Assembly (NCBI GenBank): GCA_041486815.1 | Contig: JBGPMG010000001.1 | Coordinates: 1 to 61,809 of the forward strand | DNA length: 61,809 bases | Origin: Candidatus Eiseniibacteriota bacterium | GTDB lineage: Bacteria > Eisenbacteria > RBG-16-71-46 > SZUA-252 | Reading direction: 5' to 3' | Shown here: piece after piece, positions 53,446-61,809 of the stretch | Layout of the letters: the number at the start of each line of letters is the position of its first letter | Position numbering within the stretch: position 1 is the stretch's first letter | Program-made: the position numbers and the translations under genes | The notes under the pieces: generated by a model | Told to the model about the DNA's origin: nothing | The model's input: the letters and a program-made list of their open reading frames with translations, nothing else | Databases searched by the model: none

Positions 53446-56400
53446 ATGATCGGGAAGAAGCTGCGCGCCTACGAAATCACCGAGGAGATCGGCTCGGGCG
53501 GAATGGCCACGGTCTTTCGTGCCTATCAGCCAAGCATGGACCGGCACGTGGCCATCAAGGTCATCCACTCGAACATCCTTCACGACGGCGCGCTCCGGGA
53601 GCGATTTCAGCGCGAGGCGCGGCTCATCGCGCGGCTCGAGCATCCCCACCTCTTGCCGGTCTACGACTTCGATGGGGAGCACAACCCGCCTTATATCGTC
53701 ATGCGGTATCTGGAGGGAGGCACGCTGAAGCAGGTGCAGCAGCAGGGCGCGGTGCCGCGGGATGAGTTTCTGTACATCCTTCGCCAGCTGGCCGGCGCGC
53801 TCGACTACGCGCACCGGCAAGGAGTGGTGCACCGGGATCTCAAGCCCTCCAATGTGATGATCGATCGGGAGGGAAATGCCTTCCTCACGGACTTCGGGAT
53901 CGCGCGGGCCGCGGGGAGGGACAAGGGCCTGACGGGGACCGGGCTCATGATCGGAACACCGGGCTACATGGCCCCGGAGCAGGCCCGCGGTGATGGCATG
54001 GCGGACAAAGCGGCCGACATCTACTCGCTCGGCGTGATCGCATTCGAGGCCCTGACCGGCTCGCCGCCCTACGAGCATGAGAACGGCTTCGAGGTGATTC
54101 TGGCTCACATCAACAACCCCATTCCCAATGCAAGCGAGCGTGGCGCCAACCTGCCGAAGGCGATCGACTCCGTTCTGGCCCGAGCCTTGGCCAAGGAGCG
54201 CACCGACCGCTTCGGCACTGCGACCGAATTCGTCGACTCGCTGATGGGCGCCCTGCGGATCAAGCCCAGCGACGCACCCACCGCGCTCCAGTCCATGACG
54301 CAAACCATTTCGGTTGATCAGCTCTCCGCGCTCCGAAAGCAGAAGGGGGAGTCTGAAACGCCGGGCTCGGACACGCCGTCCGATCAGCAGCGTCAGATGA
54401 CTGCCGTCTCCGTCGACGTGAAGGAGCTAGCGGAAATCCTCTACGAGAAGGGCTCCGACGCCGAGCGCGTTCGCTCGACGATGGATGCGCTCTGGTCAGC
54501 CCTGAGCGAGGTGGCGAAGGGGCACGGCGGCTCGACTCATAGTCGCACCGAGGAGGCAGGGCTCATCCTCTGGGGCCGAGACCGAGCACGCGAGGACGAT
54601 TCCGAGAATGCGATTCGGGCGACGCTGGCCATGCGCGACAAAGTGCTCGCGGAGGCACGCAAGACGCTCGGAGCCGCATGGGAGCCGGCGGAGGAAAGCC
54701 CACTTCCTTTCTCAGCGGGGATCACGACCGGTCCCGTGCTTCTCGAGCGCGAGCCGACCAGCGGAAGCTATACCGCGAATGGCGCGCCGATCACCCTCGC
54801 CGGCAGGCTCAAAGATGCCGCGCCCCCGGGCGGGATTCTCGTCGCCCATGAAACCTTCACCTTGGTTCGAGGGGTCTTCACCTTTACGCAGGGCGAGCCC
54901 CTTCGCGTCCGCGGGCGCAAGGATCCGATCGAGGTCTACGTCGTGACCCAGGTGAAGCCGCGCGCGTTCCGTCTCCGGGCGCTTGGCATCGAGGGTGTCG
55001 AGACGAAGATGATCGGGCGGGAGATCGAGCTGCGCCTTTTGCAAGAGGCTTTGACCCTGACGCTCGAGGATGGAGAAACGCAGGTCGTCACGGTGGTCGG
55101 CGAGGCGGGCGTCGGAAAGTCCCGGCTCCTCTTCGAGTTCAGCAACTGGACCGATCTTCAGGAGCAGACGATCTGGTTCTTCCAAGCCCGCGCCACGCAG
55201 CCCTCCATGCTGGAGCCCTATTCGCTCGCGCGAGACCTCTTTTCGTTCCGTTTCCGTATCCTGGATTCCGATCCCTTGTCCGTCGTGCACGAGAAATTCG
55301 TTGAAGGTGTGGCGGAATTCCTGGGGAAAGGCTCCGAGAGAAAGGCGCACTTCATCGGCCAGCTCGCCGGCTTTGATTTTTCCAATAGACCCGAGGTGGA
55401 AGGGGCCTTGAAGGACGGGGACGCGTTCCGCCAGGTGGCGCAGGGTTACATGGGGGAGCTCTTCACTACAGCGTCGAAGGTGCACCCCGTCATGATCCAC
55501 ATCGAGGACATCCACTGGGCGGACGACCGATCCTTGGACCTCCTCAACAACCTGGTTCGCGACAACACCGGCCTCCCCCTGTTCGTCCTCTGCATGGCTC
55601 GGCCGAGCCTCTACGAGCGCCGTCCGCAGTGGGGCGAGGGGCAGCGCTTCCACGAGCGCATCCAGCTTGAGCCTCTCTCCCAGCTCTCAAGCCGCAGGCT
55701 GGTTCGAGAGCTCCTGAAGCATGTCCCCGAGGTCCCGGCCGCCCTTCGTGATCTCGTCGTCGACCGCGCCGATGGGAATCCGTTCTATATCGAGGAGCTG
55801 ATCAAGGCGCTCATTGACGATCGTGTGATTCTCAAGGGGGAGGAGACCTGGTCGGTCGATACCACCCGGCTCTCCACCGTGCGTGTCCCGGCAACGCTCA
55901 CGGGCGTCCTTCAGGCCCGGCTCGATACGCTCCCGGCGCCTCTCTACCAGCTACTGCAGCGGGCGTCCGTGGTCGGCCGTATCTTCTGGGACGCCGCGGC
56001 GATTCACTTGAGCCGTGAGGCCGGTGGCCTGAAGCCCGCGGAGGTCCAGACGATGCTGGAGGATCTGCGCGACCGGGAGATGATCCTTCAACGCGAGGAG
56101 TCGGGGTTCGCGGGGACGGTCGAGTACGTGTTCCGCCACGCCATTCTTCGTGACGTCACCTACGAGACGGTGATCCCGCGCCAGCGGCGCGCCCTCCACA
56201 AGCTGGTCGGCGACTGGCTCATCGAGGTCGGTGGGGAGCGCGCCGGAGAGCACACCCTCCTCGTAGCCGAACATTACAGCCGTGCAGAAGAGGCTTCACT
56301 GGCCGCTGCCCAGTTAACGAAGGCGGGTGAGCGGGCCATGCAGCTGGCCACCTATGAAGAGGCAAATACACTCCTCCAGCGCGCCCACGAGATTCTGGCC

Positions 56401-57381
56401 GGCTCCGAGCACACCGTGCAGAGGCTCGGGATCGAGATCCTACGTGCGGGCCTCGAAAGCATCCGGGGTCATTACGCGAAAGCCCTGGAAATCCTGAAGC
56501 CGGCCCTCGAGGAAGCCCGGACGACCGGAGATACGCGCCTTCTCGCGAAAGTATTGGGTCAGCTGGGAAGAGTCGCGATGTGGCAGGCCGACGAGCTCGC
56601 TGCGGTGAAATATATCGGGGAAGCACTGGAGTTGTCTCGAAGCACGGGGGACAAGGACGCCCTGATCTTCAATCTTCGTCAGATGGGGAATACGATCGTC
56701 CAAACCAACCCGCGCCAAGCCAGAACGTACCACGAAGAGAGCGTGCAGCTCGCGCGTCAGGTGGGAGACAAGTACAGTGAGGCTCACGGCCTGAATTCCC
56801 TCGCCATCGCCTTGCAGCTCGAGGGCAGCCCGGAAAAGGCAATGACGACGTTTGCGCAGTCGCTCGAGCTCAACCGTGCACGCGGGGATCGTCTCAACGA
56901 GGCGATGGTGCTCGGCAATATGGCGGGTCTTTACTCAGTCGGCGGGGAACTCGAGACGGCGGAACGCACCGCAAAGGCATCGATGGCGATCGCGAAGGAA
57001 ATCGGGGCGACCTCCGTTCTGCCTACCAGTCAGGCCACGCTCGCAGAGGTCTGCCTGCGGGGTGGGCGCGATGCCGAAGCCCGTACGTGGTGCCGAACAG
57101 CAAGCGAAACCATCCGGAGCATGGGCATTCCACCCTTCCAGGTTGCGGTCATGTACGGAATCCTCAAGATACGGAGCGGCGATCGCCCGAAGGGTCTTGC
57201 CTGGATCGGATTCGCGCGGGCCCACGATCCGAACAAGATGGAAATCGCGGGTGTGATCCGCTCGTTCTGGGAGGTCATCCGCGGTGAGGCGTCCGAGGAT
57301 GAGGTGGAGGCCGCCCTGCGCGCCGGCGAGGCTCTGAATTTGGAGGAGATTCTGGCGGAGGCGGAACGGGGGGACGGCTAG
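53446..57381 (+). CDS. Ser/Thr protein kinase fused to a degenerate class III cyclase-homology domain, an AAA (STAND-type) NTPase and TPR repeats
   Basis: 1311-aa ORF. Kinase: GSGGMATVF, AIKVI, HRDLKPSNVM, DFGIA, GTPGYMAPE. Cyclase-like: QMTAVSVDVKELAE..GLILWG (the GD motif is lost). P-loop: VVGEAGVGKSRLL. The C-terminal 450 aa or so are TPR-like. Confidence 0.9.
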   Translation: MIGKKLRAYEITEEIGSGGMATVFRAYQPSMDRHVAIKVIHSNILHDGALRERFQREARLIARLEHPHLLPVYDFDGEHNPPYIVMRYLEGGTLKQVQQQGAVPRDEFLYILRQLAGALDYAHRQGVVHRDLKPSNVMIDREGNAFLTDFGIARAAGRDKGLTGTGLMIGTPGYMAPEQARGDGMADKAADIYSLGVIAFEALTGSPPYEHENGFEVILAHINNPIPNASERGANLPKAIDSVLARALAKERTDRFGTATEFVDSLMGALRIKPSDAPTALQSMTQTISVDQLSALRKQKGESETPGSDTPSDQQRQMTAVSVDVKELAEILYEKGSDAERVRSTMDALWSALSEVAKGHGGSTHSRTEEAGLILWGRDRAREDDSENAIRATLAMRDKVLAEARKTLGAAWEPAEESPLPFSAGITTGPVLLEREPTSGSYTANGAPITLAGRLKDAAPPGGILVAHETFTLVRGVFTFTQGEPLRVRGRKDPIEVYVVTQVKPRAFRLRALGIEGVETKMIGREIELRLLQEALTLTLEDGETQVVTVVGEAGVGKSRLLFEFSNWTDLQEQTIWFFQARATQPSMLEPYSLARDLFSFRFRILDSDPLSVVHEKFVEGVAEFLGKGSERKAHFIGQLAGFDFSNRPEVEGALKDGDAFRQVAQGYMGELFTTASKVHPVMIHIEDIHWADDRSLDLLNNLVRDNTGLPLFVLCMARPSLYERRPQWGEGQRFHERIQLEPLSQLSSRRLVRELLKHVPEVPAALRDLVVDRADGNPFYIEELIKALIDDRVILKGEETWSVDTTRLSTVRVPATLTGVLQARLDTLPAPLYQLLQRASVVGRIFWDAAAIHLSREAGGLKPAEVQTMLEDLRDREMILQREESGFAGTVEYVFRHAILRDVTYETVIPRQRRALHKLVGDWLIEVGGERAGEHTLLVAEHYSRAEEASLAAAQLTKAGERAMQLATYEEANTLLQRAHEILAGSEHTVQRLGIEILRAGLESIRGHYAKALEILKPALEEARTTGDTRLLAKVLGQLGRVAMWQADELAAVKYIGEALELSRSTGDKDALIFNLRQMGNTIVQTNPRQARTYHEESVQLARQVGDKYSEAHGLNSLAIALQLEGSPEKAMTTFAQSLELNRARGDRLNEAMVLGNMAGLYSVGGELETAERTAKASMAIAKEIGATSVLPTSQATLAEVCLRGGRDAEARTWCRTASETIRSMGIPPFQVAVMYGILKIRSGDRPKGLAWIGFARAHDPNKMEIAGVIRSFWEVIRGEASEDEVEAALRAGEALNLEEILAEAERGDG

Positions 57382-57535
57382 GCTGCCTGCTCGAGCGGTA
57401 GGGAATCGAGACGGTACTTCGCTCCGGAAGTTCCTCGCCGCGAATGCCCGATCCATGCCACGGACCGTGCTTCGCTACGCGATCGAGAAGCTTCCACCCC
57501 ACGAACGAGCGGGTCTGCTCCGGGGCAAAGCGTGA

Positions 57536-57757
57536 TCAGGGAACAGGCGCGAACAGGACAAATCGGCCCTTATCCAAGACGTAATCAAACCGCGCCACAT
57601 CGGGCTCGACGATTCCGATCGCATCGACGGGGGTCGCACTCCAGCGGTTGACCCAGCAGAACGCGTTGAGGGAGGCACGCGGGCCGAGCTCTAGGTAGAT
57701 CGGCGGAACATCCTGCGGGTCACCGCGCGACTTGTACTCTCCCTGACCCGGCCGCAC
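57536..57757 (-). CDS. 73-codon ORF with genuine coding bias; either a separate small gene or the displaced C-terminus of 57720..59432
   Basis: GTG 57757 .. TGA 57536. Third codon positions are mostly G/C. Product: ..IYLELGPRASLNAFCWVNRWSATPVDAIGIVEPDVARFDYVLDKGRFVLFAPVP. It overlaps the 3' end of the upstream gene by 38 nt, in a region with GGGGG and AAAA runs. Confidence 0.4.
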   Translation of the reverse strand: MRPGQGEYKSRGDPQDVPPIYLELGPRASLNAFCWVNRWSATPVDAIGIVEPDVARFDYVLDKGRFVLFAPVP

Positions 57758-59432
57758 TTTTCGCCACGCGACCTCGACCCCCTATGTTTCCGTGATCCGA
57801 TAGGATGGCAATGACCACCTGATCCGCACCGCTCCGGCCGAGAAGGGCTACATCGCGGAGCAGGTCCCCGTCGAAGTCACCGACGATCGCCGAGGGGCCC
57901 AGAGCCCTGGTGTCCTTACTCGGGCCCGGGTTCAGCTCACGCGAATCGGCCTCTCCCCACAATTGAAAGGTCGGATCCTGCCTGCGAAGGGCCGCCTTCA
58001 TGGGCTCGGGCAGGGTTATTTGGACTCGACCGTGCTCGAGCCGGACCTTTGGGGTGTCGATGGGAGCAATTACTCTGCCGGTATCGGTCGGCACACCGTC
58101 CCTTCCGACTGCGGGAACCCGAACGAACGTCTCGGTCCTGGCGCCATCGTCTTCCCATGAGTTCATGCTCAGGGAGGAAGGGCCCTTTTTCGACGCAGCG
58201 AATGTCACGGACTTCCTATCGGGGAGGGCATCAAGCCAGTTGAAGATCGTGAGAAGTGTTCCCTGGGGCACAGAAGCAATACTGAACGTTCCCTTGAGGG
58301 CACGAAGCACCTTCTCTGGGCCGATTTCGAACATTTCCAGTTCACCATTTCGATGGAAGATGAGGCGCCTCCGGTAACCCCTGCGGCCGGGCCCTTCAAC
58401 AGTGCGCTCCCGCCCGCGACCCAAGTCGCCCACCGCGTTGACCGAGGTTTCGTGCCACTCCCACTCGCCGGCCAGCCATGTGGAGTCAACCGGGGAGCGG
58501 TCTTGCGGGATCGTCCGAGCCGTGCCGAGAGGTGGTGCCTGCATTGGGCTCGAAGGCAGAGGTCGGACGATCGGCTTGACGTTGAGCAGCATCGTACCTG
58601 CAACCGAGGCGAATCCGTCGCTGACCTCGACGACACACTCCGCGGGCCCCTGAGCGCACGAGTCTGGTTCGACCCTGATCACCCCTTGTGCTACACCATG
58701 GCCTGGATCAAGCGTACTCACCGAGACGAACGAGGGTCCACGGGTCAGCCGGAACGCCAATGGATCCCCGTCAGGGTCCGTGGCTTCCATGATGAGCCGC
58801 TCGGACGTGGCGGCTCGAATCGGTTGGTCTGCGAAGCGCCCTAGTGAGGGGGGCCGGTTCGCTTGCCCACCGTACGGGAGCCCGTCCGCGCATGCCGCAA
58901 ATGGCCCGTCCCATGTCCCGGTCGTAATACGGGTTTCCTCGTACGGTTGCATTGGGCGGCGACTCGCTATCTCGATAGAGGGCCGTCCTCGCTGAACAAA
59001 AGCGGTGAACGTCCCGAGCCGGAGCTTATGGGTCGTTCCCCAGTCGGGAATGTTCCTGCTCACCATGAAGTACGTGGAGTCATCAGAGTTGTAAGCAAAG
59101 GTCTCTTCGTATGGGCTTGGGTCAGGGACGAAGCGTCCCCACGTGACCGTACCGCCAGTGGCATGAAAGACGATGGAGTACGAGTGGGCCTCTTCGTATC
59201 TACCGTGCGAGCAATCGTCGGACGTTCCGGGCTTGTACTCGTCGGTCACAAGCCAGACCGCAACGTGCGTGGTGTCATGCGGGCTCAGCACGTCGGCGGC
59301 AGAGCGCGCCGCATCGCCGTTGGAATCGAGAAATAGGTATAGTGCGAGGGCTGGCGAAGCGTAGAAAATCAGGATCAGCGCAAGGAGGAGTGTGGAAGCG
59401 AGGACTCGACCACATCGCAATCGGCGGCTCAT
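57720..59432 (-). CDS. secreted protein with an Ig/cadherin-like segment and an FG-GAP/VCBS-like C-terminal motif
   Basis: 570-aa ORF. Signal peptide LASTLLLALILIFYASPALA. EATDPDGDPLAFRLTRGPSFVSV is a putative Ig-type repeat. IVGDFDGDLLRDVALLG is FG-GAP-like. Confidence 0.75.
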   Translation of the reverse strand: MSRRLRCGRVLASTLLLALILIFYASPALALYLFLDSNGDAARSAADVLSPHDTTHVAVWLVTDEYKPGTSDDCSHGRYEEAHSYSIVFHATGGTVTWGRFVPDPSPYEETFAYNSDDSTYFMVSRNIPDWGTTHKLRLGTFTAFVQRGRPSIEIASRRPMQPYEETRITTGTWDGPFAACADGLPYGGQANRPPSLGRFADQPIRAATSERLIMEATDPDGDPLAFRLTRGPSFVSVSTLDPGHGVAQGVIRVEPDSCAQGPAECVVEVSDGFASVAGTMLLNVKPIVRPLPSSPMQAPPLGTARTIPQDRSPVDSTWLAGEWEWHETSVNAVGDLGRGRERTVEGPGRRGYRRRLIFHRNGELEMFEIGPEKVLRALKGTFSIASVPQGTLLTIFNWLDALPDRKSVTFAASKKGPSSLSMNSWEDDGARTETFVRVPAVGRDGVPTDTGRVIAPIDTPKVRLEHGRVQITLPEPMKAALRRQDPTFQLWGEADSRELNPGPSKDTRALGPSAIVGDFDGDLLRDVALLGRSGADQVVIAILSDHGNIGGRGRVAKSAAGSGRVQVAR

Positions 59433-59520
59433 TCGAGCCTCATGTGCCAGCGTGATCGAAAGCGGGGAAATCGAGTTGAGCGTAGCACAAGGGTGCGAGA
59501 AGGGGGCGACAAGCTAGAGA

Positions 59521-59693
59521 TGCCCGACCTTGAGCTTCGAGAGCTGCCCACGCTTGCCTGCGGCTCGCGGATGCGTGTCGTCCGGTATGCCTCGGCAACG
59601 AGGGAGCGGCGACATGCGCATCAAGAGGCAACGGTCACACTCGTTCTTCGCGGTTTCATCCACGAGGAGGTCGATCTGTCGCGAGCGTGGTGA
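59521..59693 (+). pseudogene. possible remnant of an AraC-type regulator N-terminal (cupin) domain
   Basis: MPDLELRELPTLACGSRMRVVRYASATRERRHAHQEATVTLVLRGFIHEEVDL then a stop. Weak continuation appears in other frames, interrupted by stops. No HTH domain follows before dps. Confidence 0.25.
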
Positions 59694-60032
59694 CGCCGGT
59701 GGCGGACCGCTAGGCAGGTAGCCAGCCCACAAGTACTGCCCGCAGAGCACAATAGGTATCGCCCCAGGGAGCTCATCCGGCCATCACCACGACATGAGTG
59801 GCATGACCGGGTGATTTGTAACGTGCCTTCGCTCGGCGCCCACTGATACCCTCGACCTTCCCTGTCGGCGACCTTCCCAGGTGCAGCCTCACGCGGACGG
59901 TTATTTCCAGTAGAACCCACCAGTGAGACTCGCGAATCCAACGTGGGGAGCGGCCGCGTCGTCCGGCGACTCGTCGATCGGACGACAGGAGCTGTCAACA
60001 ACGCGAGTCAGAAGAAAAGGAGCGTGACTGTC

Positions 60033-60623
60033 ATGACGAAGACCCTCGACGCCGACGAAATCCTGAAACAAGCGACACCCCTGCAGCGACAGAAGGGCCA
60101 TGAGATCCAGCCGTATGGCTTCATCGTGAAGATGCCGATTGCGCTGGACGAATCAGTTTGCGGCGAGAGCGTCGAGAACCTGAACCAACTCCTCGCGGAC
60201 ACGATGACGCTCCGCGACCTCTACAAGAAGCACCACTGGCAAGTCGCTGGCCCCACCTTCTACTCGCTTCATCTCCTCTTTGACAAGCACTTCGAGGAAC
60301 AGAGCGGACTCGTCGATGCCATCGCGGAGCGGATCCAGGCGTTGGGCGGGGTGAGCCTCGCCATGGCGCACGACGTCGCCGAAACGACGTTGATACCGCG
60401 GCCCCCGAAGGGGCGCGAGGGCGTTCCGGCACAGATCTCCAGACTCCTTCATGCGCACGAAATCGTGCTTAAGGAAGCGCGCACTATGGCGCGGCTGGCG
60501 GCCGATCGTGGCGACGACGGCACGAACGACCTCATCGTGAGCAACGTCATCCGCACGGGCGAGGCTCAGGTCTGGTTCGTTGCGGAACACGTCGTTGACG
60601 TTTCATTGGTGCGGGCCAAATGA
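60033..60623 (+). CDS. Dps family DNA-protection / ferritin-like protein
   Basis: Track ORF 59943..60623 trimmed to ATG 60033, which follows AAAGGAG. LNQLLADTMTLRDLYKKHHWQVAGPTFYSLHLLFDKHFEEQ is the Dps ferroxidase-site signature. Confidence 0.9.
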   Translation: MTKTLDADEILKQATPLQRQKGHEIQPYGFIVKMPIALDESVCGESVENLNQLLADTMTLRDLYKKHHWQVAGPTFYSLHLLFDKHFEEQSGLVDAIAERIQALGGVSLAMAHDVAETTLIPRPPKGREGVPAQISRLLHAHEIVLKEARTMARLAADRGDDGTNDLIVSNVIRTGEAQVWFVAEHVVDVSLVRAK

Positions 60624-60653
60624 CTTCGTGGAGCCCAGAATCCTAACGGAGGA

Positions 60654-61178
60654 TTGATGAAGAAGAACGAGATTCCAAGCGGGGCGAGCCCGCGCCACGA
60701 TCGCGCGCTTCAGCCGGGCACCACCGCACCCAACTTCACGCTCAGGACCACGCCGGACCAGAGCGTTTCGCTGGCGGACTTCCGCGGGCAGCCGGTGATT
60801 CTCGCCTTCTATCCGGCCGACTGGAGCCCGGTTTGCGGCGACCAGATGGCGCTGTACAACGAAATCCTGCCGGAGTTCCGACACCACCGGGCGGAGCTTC
60901 TCGGCATCTCCGTGGATGGAGCGTGGTGTCACGCGGCATTCGCGACTGATCGGAAGCTGCATTTTCCGCTCCTAGCCGACTTCGAGCCGAAGGGAGCGGT
61001 CTCGCGAGCATATGGCGCCTATCGCCAATCGGATGGTTTCAGCGAGCGGGCCTTGTTCGTCATCGACGCAGAAGGTGTGATCCGCTGGAGTTACGTTTCT
61101 CCGGTGGGTGTCAATCCGGGAGCAGACGGCATTCTTGCGGCACTGGAGGCGCTTCAACACGAGGAGAGCAAATCATGA
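60654..61178 (+). CDS. peroxiredoxin (AhpC/TSA family)
   Basis: 174-aa ORF: VILAFYPADWSPVCGDQM contains the peroxidatic Cys context. Confidence 0.9.
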   Translation: MMKKNEIPSGASPRHDRALQPGTTAPNFTLRTTPDQSVSLADFRGQPVILAFYPADWSPVCGDQMALYNEILPEFRHHRAELLGISVDGAWCHAAFATDRKLHFPLLADFEPKGAVSRAYGAYRQSDGFSERALFVIDAEGVIRWSYVSPVGVNPGADGILAALEALQHEESKS

Positions 61179-61726
61179 CTCGAGGACATCATGGCCCAAC
61201 GCTCGTCCTGCCCGTCGGTGATCGCGACCATGCGCAGGGCCCGGCGAGTGCGCCCGTCACTCTCGTGGAATATGGGGATTACGAATGCCCGTACTGCGGG
61301 CAAGCCTACCCAATCGTGAAAGCTGTTCAGAAGGCCCTCGGCTCGCGCCTACGATTCGTGTTCCGGAATTTTCCGCTGAGCGAGATGCATCCGAATGCCG
61401 CAAATGCTGCGGAGGCCGCAGAGGCAGCGGGGGCGCAAGGCAAGTTCTGGGAGATGCACGATACGCTCTACGAGCATCAGGACGCCCTTCGGCCGCGGGA
61501 CCTCGTCGCCTATGCGGAAGGTCTCGGGCTCGATTCCGATCGGCTCGCGGCTGAACTCAAGTCGCACGTGCATGCCTCGCGCGTCCGGGAGGATTTCATG
61601 AGCGGGGTGCGGAGCGGGGTCAATGGCACACCGACGTTTTTCATCAACGGCGAGCGCTACGACGGGTTGTGGGATCAGCGGAACCTCCGCTTGGCCATTG
61701 AGGGGGCAATGCAGGCAACGGTCTAG
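61175..61726 (+). CDS. DsbA-family thioredoxin-fold protein
   Basis: 183-aa ORF with an ATGA overlap with the peroxiredoxin stop. VTLVEYGDYECPYCGQAYP contains the CxxC motif. Confidence 0.9.
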   Translation: MTRGHHGPTLVLPVGDRDHAQGPASAPVTLVEYGDYECPYCGQAYPIVKAVQKALGSRLRFVFRNFPLSEMHPNAANAAEAAEAAGAQGKFWEMHDTLYEHQDALRPRDLVAYAEGLGLDSDRLAAELKSHVHASRVREDFMSGVRSGVNGTPTFFINGERYDGLWDQRNLRLAIEGAMQATV

Positions 61727-61809
61727 AAGTCTCGACGCTCGGCCATCTCTGCATTTGGTTGCCGGGAGGTAACAGCAGGAGAAGTATAGAAAGGGAGGTA
61801 TCGCCATGA

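Noticed and set aside
61349-61807. 152-aa minus-strand ORF at the window end, and ATG 61806 preceded by GGGAGG on the plus strand.
   Set aside because: The minus-strand ORF is antisense to the clear DsbA-family gene. The plus-strand start may be the beginning of the next gene, but only 4 nt lie inside the window, too little to call.
1-61809. Scan for CRISPR arrays, tRNA/rRNA genes, riboswitches (glycine upstream of the gcvT-like gene, c-di-AMP upstream of kdp), transposases, integrases and phage genes.
   Set aside because: I saw no regularly spaced repeat arrays and no T-arm/anticodon-arm structures. The two leaders lack the conserved riboswitch cores I know. No protein has transposase, integrase or phage hallmarks. 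A by-eye scan cannot fully exclude small ncRNAs.

Overview
High-GC bacterial chromosomal segment, densely coding on both strands. I found no rRNA, tRNA, CRISPR array, transposase or integrase. About 55 protein genes are supported. Well-supported content: a partial nagB; an SPFH (YdjI-like) gene paired with a multi-zinc-ribbon gene; a PadR / CPBP-protease / small-peptide module; a four-gene translationally coupled operon (GcvT-family aminomethyltransferase, two CrtI-like FAD oxidoreductases, Rieske oxygenase) followed by an esterase; a block of GNAT, class V aminotransferase, DUF899, SRPBCC and ArsR genes; a complete kdpFABC-kdpDE locus; a secreted S8 peptidase; two GT-C-type membrane glycosyltransferase-like proteins; a GlxA regulator with a secreted DJ-1/PfpI protein; an ECF sigma/anti-sigma pair; DUF1684 and ADP-ribosylglycohydrolase genes; two tandemly duplicated clan GH-A-like glycoside hydrolases; an M23 peptidase; a 1311-aa Ser/Thr kinase-cyclase-like-AAA-TPR protein; and a dps-peroxiredoxin-dsbA-like cluster. 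Most long ORFs in the track that lie antisense to these genes are high-GC artefacts. The most interesting items are listed here. (1) The ATGA-coupled gcvT-like / 2x FAD oxidoreductase / Rieske operon has no reductase partner and has a promoter placed for a leaderless transcript. (2) An untracked 30-codon hydrophobic ORF is translationally coupled to kdpF. (3) The tandem hydrolase duplication keeps an island of conserved upstream sequence that matches the sigma-54 -24/-12 consensus, and only one copy has a C-terminal sorting-type domain. (4) A three-member family of conserved extragenic hairpins is present. (5) An 8-bp-phased TGGTAC triple repeat and an AT-only palindrome sit in one divergent control region. 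(6) A secreted-protein gene has a signal peptide with no canonical start codon. (7) There are two likely frameshifted genes and one decayed regulator fragment. I cannot name one clearly novel multi-gene system with confidence. The Rieske/GcvT/CrtI-like operon is my best candidate.
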